A DNA stretch of 64,000 nucleotides, from contig NIVC01001069.1 in NCBI GenBank assembly GCA_002269645.1, forward strand, positions 124,001-188,000, in the 5' to 3' direction. The notes beneath the pieces were generated by a model that was not told where the DNA came from, did not search any database, and was given only the letters and a program-made list of their open reading frames with translations. Below, in pieces: positions 60,655 to 64,000 of this stretch (positions within the stretch are counted from its first letter, which is position 1; the number at the start of each line of letters is the position of its first letter). The position numbers and the translations under genes are program-made. This DNA is from Macrostomum lignano (lineage: Eukaryota).

Positions 60655-63600
60655 ATCAGCCGGATCGGTAGCCTCTCAATCAGCTGGATCGGTAGCCTCT
60701 CCAATCAGCTGGATCGGTAGCCTCTCCAATCAGCTGGATCGATAGCCTCTCCAATCAGCTGGATCGGTAGCCTCTCCAATCAGCTAGATCGGTAGCCTCT
60801 CCAATCAGCTGGATCGATAGCCTCTCCAATCAGCTGGATCGGTAGCCTCTCCAATCAGCTGGATCGGTAGCCTCTCCAATCAGCTGGATCGGTAGCCTCT
60901 CCAATCAGCTGGATCGGTAGCCTCTCCAATCAGCTGGATCGGTAGCCTCTCCAATCAGCTGGATCGGTAGCCTCTCCAATCAGCTGGATTGGTAGCCTCT
61001 CCAATCAGCTGGATCGGTAGCCTCTCCAATCAGCTGGATCGATAGCCTCTCCAATCAGCTGGATCGGTAGCCTCTCCAATCAGCTGGATCGGTAGACTCT
61101 CCAATCAGCTGGATCGGTAGCCTCTCCAATCAGCTGGATCGGTAGCCTCTCCAATCAGCTGGATCGGTAGCCTCTCCAATCAGCTAGATCGGTAGCCTCT
61201 CCAATCAGCTGGATCCGTAGCCTCTCCAATCAGCTGGATCGGTAGCCTCTCCAATCAGCTGGATCGGTAGCCTCTCCAATCAGCTAGATCGGTAGCCTCT
61301 CTAATCAGCTAGATTGGTAGCCTCTCCAATCAGCTGGATCGGTAGCCTCTCCAACCAGCTGGATCGGTAGCCTCTCCAACCAGCTGGATCGGTAGCCTCT
61401 CCAACCAGCTGGATCGGTAGCCTCTCCAATCAGCTGGATCGGTAGCCTCTCCAATCAGCTAGATCGGTAGCCTCTCCAATCAGCTGGATCGGTAGCCTCT
61501 CCAATCAGCTGGATCGGTAGCCTCTCAATCAGCTGGATCGGTAGCCTCTCAATCAGCTGGATCGGTAGCCTCTCAATCAGCTGGATCGGTAGCCTCTCAA
61601 TCAGCTGGATCGGTAGCCTCTCAATCAGCTGGATCGGTAGCCTCTCCAATCAGCTGGATCGGTAGCCTCTCAATCAGCTGGATCGGTAGCCTCTCCAATC
61701 AGCTGGATCGGTAGCCTCTCCAATCAGCTAGATCGGTAGCCTCTCCAATCAGCTGGATCCGTAGCCTCTCCAATCAGCTGGATCGGTAGCCTCTCCAATC
61801 AGCTGGATCGGTAGCCTCTCCAATCAGCTAGATCGGTAGCCTCTCTAATCAGCTAGATTGGTAGCCTCTCCAATCAGCTGGATCGGTAGCCTCTCCAACC
61901 AGCTGGATCGGTAGCCTCTCCAACCAGCTGGATCGGTAGCCTCTCCAACCAGCTGGATCGGTAGCCTCTCCAATCAGCTGGATCGGTAGCCTCTCCAATC
62001 AGCTAGATCGGTAGCCTCTCCAATCAGCTGGATCGGTAGCCTCTCCAATCAGCTGGATCGGTAGCCTCTCCAATCAGCTAGATCGGTAGCCTCTCCAATC
62101 AGCTGGATCGGTAGCCTCTCCAATCAGCTGGATCGGTAGCCTCTCCAATCAGCTGGATCAGTAGCCTCTCCAATCAGCTGGATCGGTAGCCTCTCCAATC
62201 AGCTGGATCGGTAGCCTTTCCAATCAGCTAGATCGGTAGCCTCTCCAATCAGCTAGATCGGTAGCCTCTCCAATCAGCTAGATCGGTAGCCTCTCCAATC
62301 AGCTAGATCGGTAGCCTCTCCAATCAGCTGGATCGGTAGCCTCTCCAATCAGCTGGATCGGTAGCCTCTCCAACCAGCTGGATCGGTAGCCTCTCCAACC
62401 AGCTGGATCGGTAGCCTCTCCAATCAGCTGGATCGGTAGCCTCTCCAATCAGCTGGATCGGTAGCCTCTCCAATCAGCTGGATCGGTAGCCTCTCCAATC
62501 AGCTGGATCGGTAGCCTCTCCAATCAGCTGGATCGGTAGCCTCTCCAATCAGCTAGATCGGTAGCCTCTCCAATCAGCTGGATCGATAGCCTCTCCAATC
62601 AGCTGGATCGGTAGCCTCTCCAATCAGCTGGATTGGTAGCCTCTCCAATCAGCTGGATCGATAGCCTCTCCAATCAGCTGGATTGGTAGCCTCTCCAATC
62701 AGCTGGATCGGTAGCCTCTCCAATCAGCTGGATCGATAGCCTCTCCAATCAGCTGGATCGGTAGCCTCTCCAATCAGCTGGATCGGTAGCCTCTCCAATC
62801 AGCTGGATCGATAGCCTCTCCAATCAGCTGGATCGGTAGCCTCTCCAATCAGCTAGATCGGTAGCCTCTCCAATCAGCTGGATCGATAGCCTCTCCAATC
62901 AGCTGGATCGGTAGCCTCTCCAATCAGCTGGATCGGTAGCCTCTCCAATCAGCTGGATCGGTAGCCTTTCCAATCAGCTGGATCGGTAGCCTCTCCAATC
63001 AGCTGGATCGGTAGCCTCTCCAATCAGCTGGATCGGTAGCCTCTCCAATCAGCTGGATCGGTAGCCTCTCCAATCAGCTGGATCGGTAGCCTCTCCAATC
63101 AGCTGGATCGGTAGCCTCTCCAATCAGCTGGATCGGTAGCCTCTCCAATCAGCTGGATCGGTAGCCTCTCCAATCAGCTGGATCGGTAGCCTCTCCAATC
63201 AGCTGGATCGGTAGCCTCTCCAATCAGCTGGATCGGTAGCCTCTCCAATCAGCTGGATCGGTAGCCTCTCCAACCAGCTGGATCGGTAGCCTCTCTAATC
63301 AGCTGGATCGGTAGCCTCTCCAATCAGCTGGATCGGTAGCCTCTCCAATCAGCTGGATCGGTAGCCTCTCCAATCAGCTGGATCGATAGCCTCTCCAATC
63401 AGCTGAATCGGTAGCCTCTCCAATCAGCTGGATCGGTAGCCTCTCCAATCAGCTGGATCGGTAGCCTCTCCAATCAGCTGGATCGGTAGCCTCTCCAATC
63501 AGCTGGATCGGTAGCCTCTCCAATCAGCTGGATCGGTAGCCTCTCCAATCAGCTAGATCGATAGCCTCTCCAACCAGCTGGATCGGTAGCCTCTCTAATC

Positions 63601-64000
63601 AGCTGGATCGGTAGCCTCTCGAATCAGCTAGATCGGTAGCCTCTCCAATCAGCTGGATCGGTAGCCTCTCCAATCAGCTGGATCGGTAGCCTCTCGAATC
63701 AGCTAGATCGGTAGCCTCTCCAATCAGCTGGATCGATAGCCTCTCCAATCAGCTGGATCGGTAGCCTCTCCAATCAGCTGGATCGGTAGCCTCTCCAATC
63801 AGCTGGATCGATAGCCTCTCAATCAGCTGGATCGGTAGCCTCTCCAATCAGCTGGATCGGTAGCCTCTCCAATCAGCTGGATCGGTAGCCTCTCCAATCA
63901 GCTGGATCGATAGCCTCTCCAATCAGCTGGATCGGTAGCCTCTCCAATCAGCTGGATCGGTAGCCTCTCCAATCAGCTGGATCGATAGCCTCTCCAATCA
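60655..64000. repeat. 25-bp minisatellite (GCTGGATCGGTAGCCTCTCCAATCA), over 3.3 kb, running off the window
   Basis: Highly homogeneous tandem units. Confidence 0.98.

Noticed and set aside
60400-60720. 106-aa plus-strand ORF, or an upstream exon of the ankyrin gene
   Set aside because: Runs into the satellite and has no domain; minus-strand frames are closed and lack ankyrin motifs.

Overview
Eukaryotic (metazoan) genomic DNA with GC-rich exons, GT-AG introns and very dense minisatellites. The style suggests a flatworm such as Macrostomum, which is an inference. Left to right: (1) an R1/LOA-like non-LTR retrotransposon on the minus strand (1-4127) with a nonsense codon in ORF1 and a deleted RT core. 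Its exact 5' end folds into an HDV-like self-cleaving ribozyme and abuts a 35-bp satellite. (2) Two near-identical, intact 4-exon lin-28 genes in tandem (4830-11449 and 15187-17777), separated by a ~3-kb imperfect palindrome. Intron 3 carries an internally deleted Gypsy-type LTR element in one copy and a truncated piggyBac in the other. (3) A CORE-type SINE. (4) A complete 14-exon SNRNP200/Brr2 gene (minus), in which each of the 13 introns holds its own tandem repeat. (5) DNAJB11/ERdj3 (minus, 4 exons, MITEs in intron 1), head-to-head with an intronless DCXR-like SDR. (6) The last exon of an ANKRD63-like gene, followed by 34-bp and 25-bp satellites running to the window end. Most long ORFs in the supplied track are translated satellites. 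All analysis was by eye; no database searches or folding programs were run.
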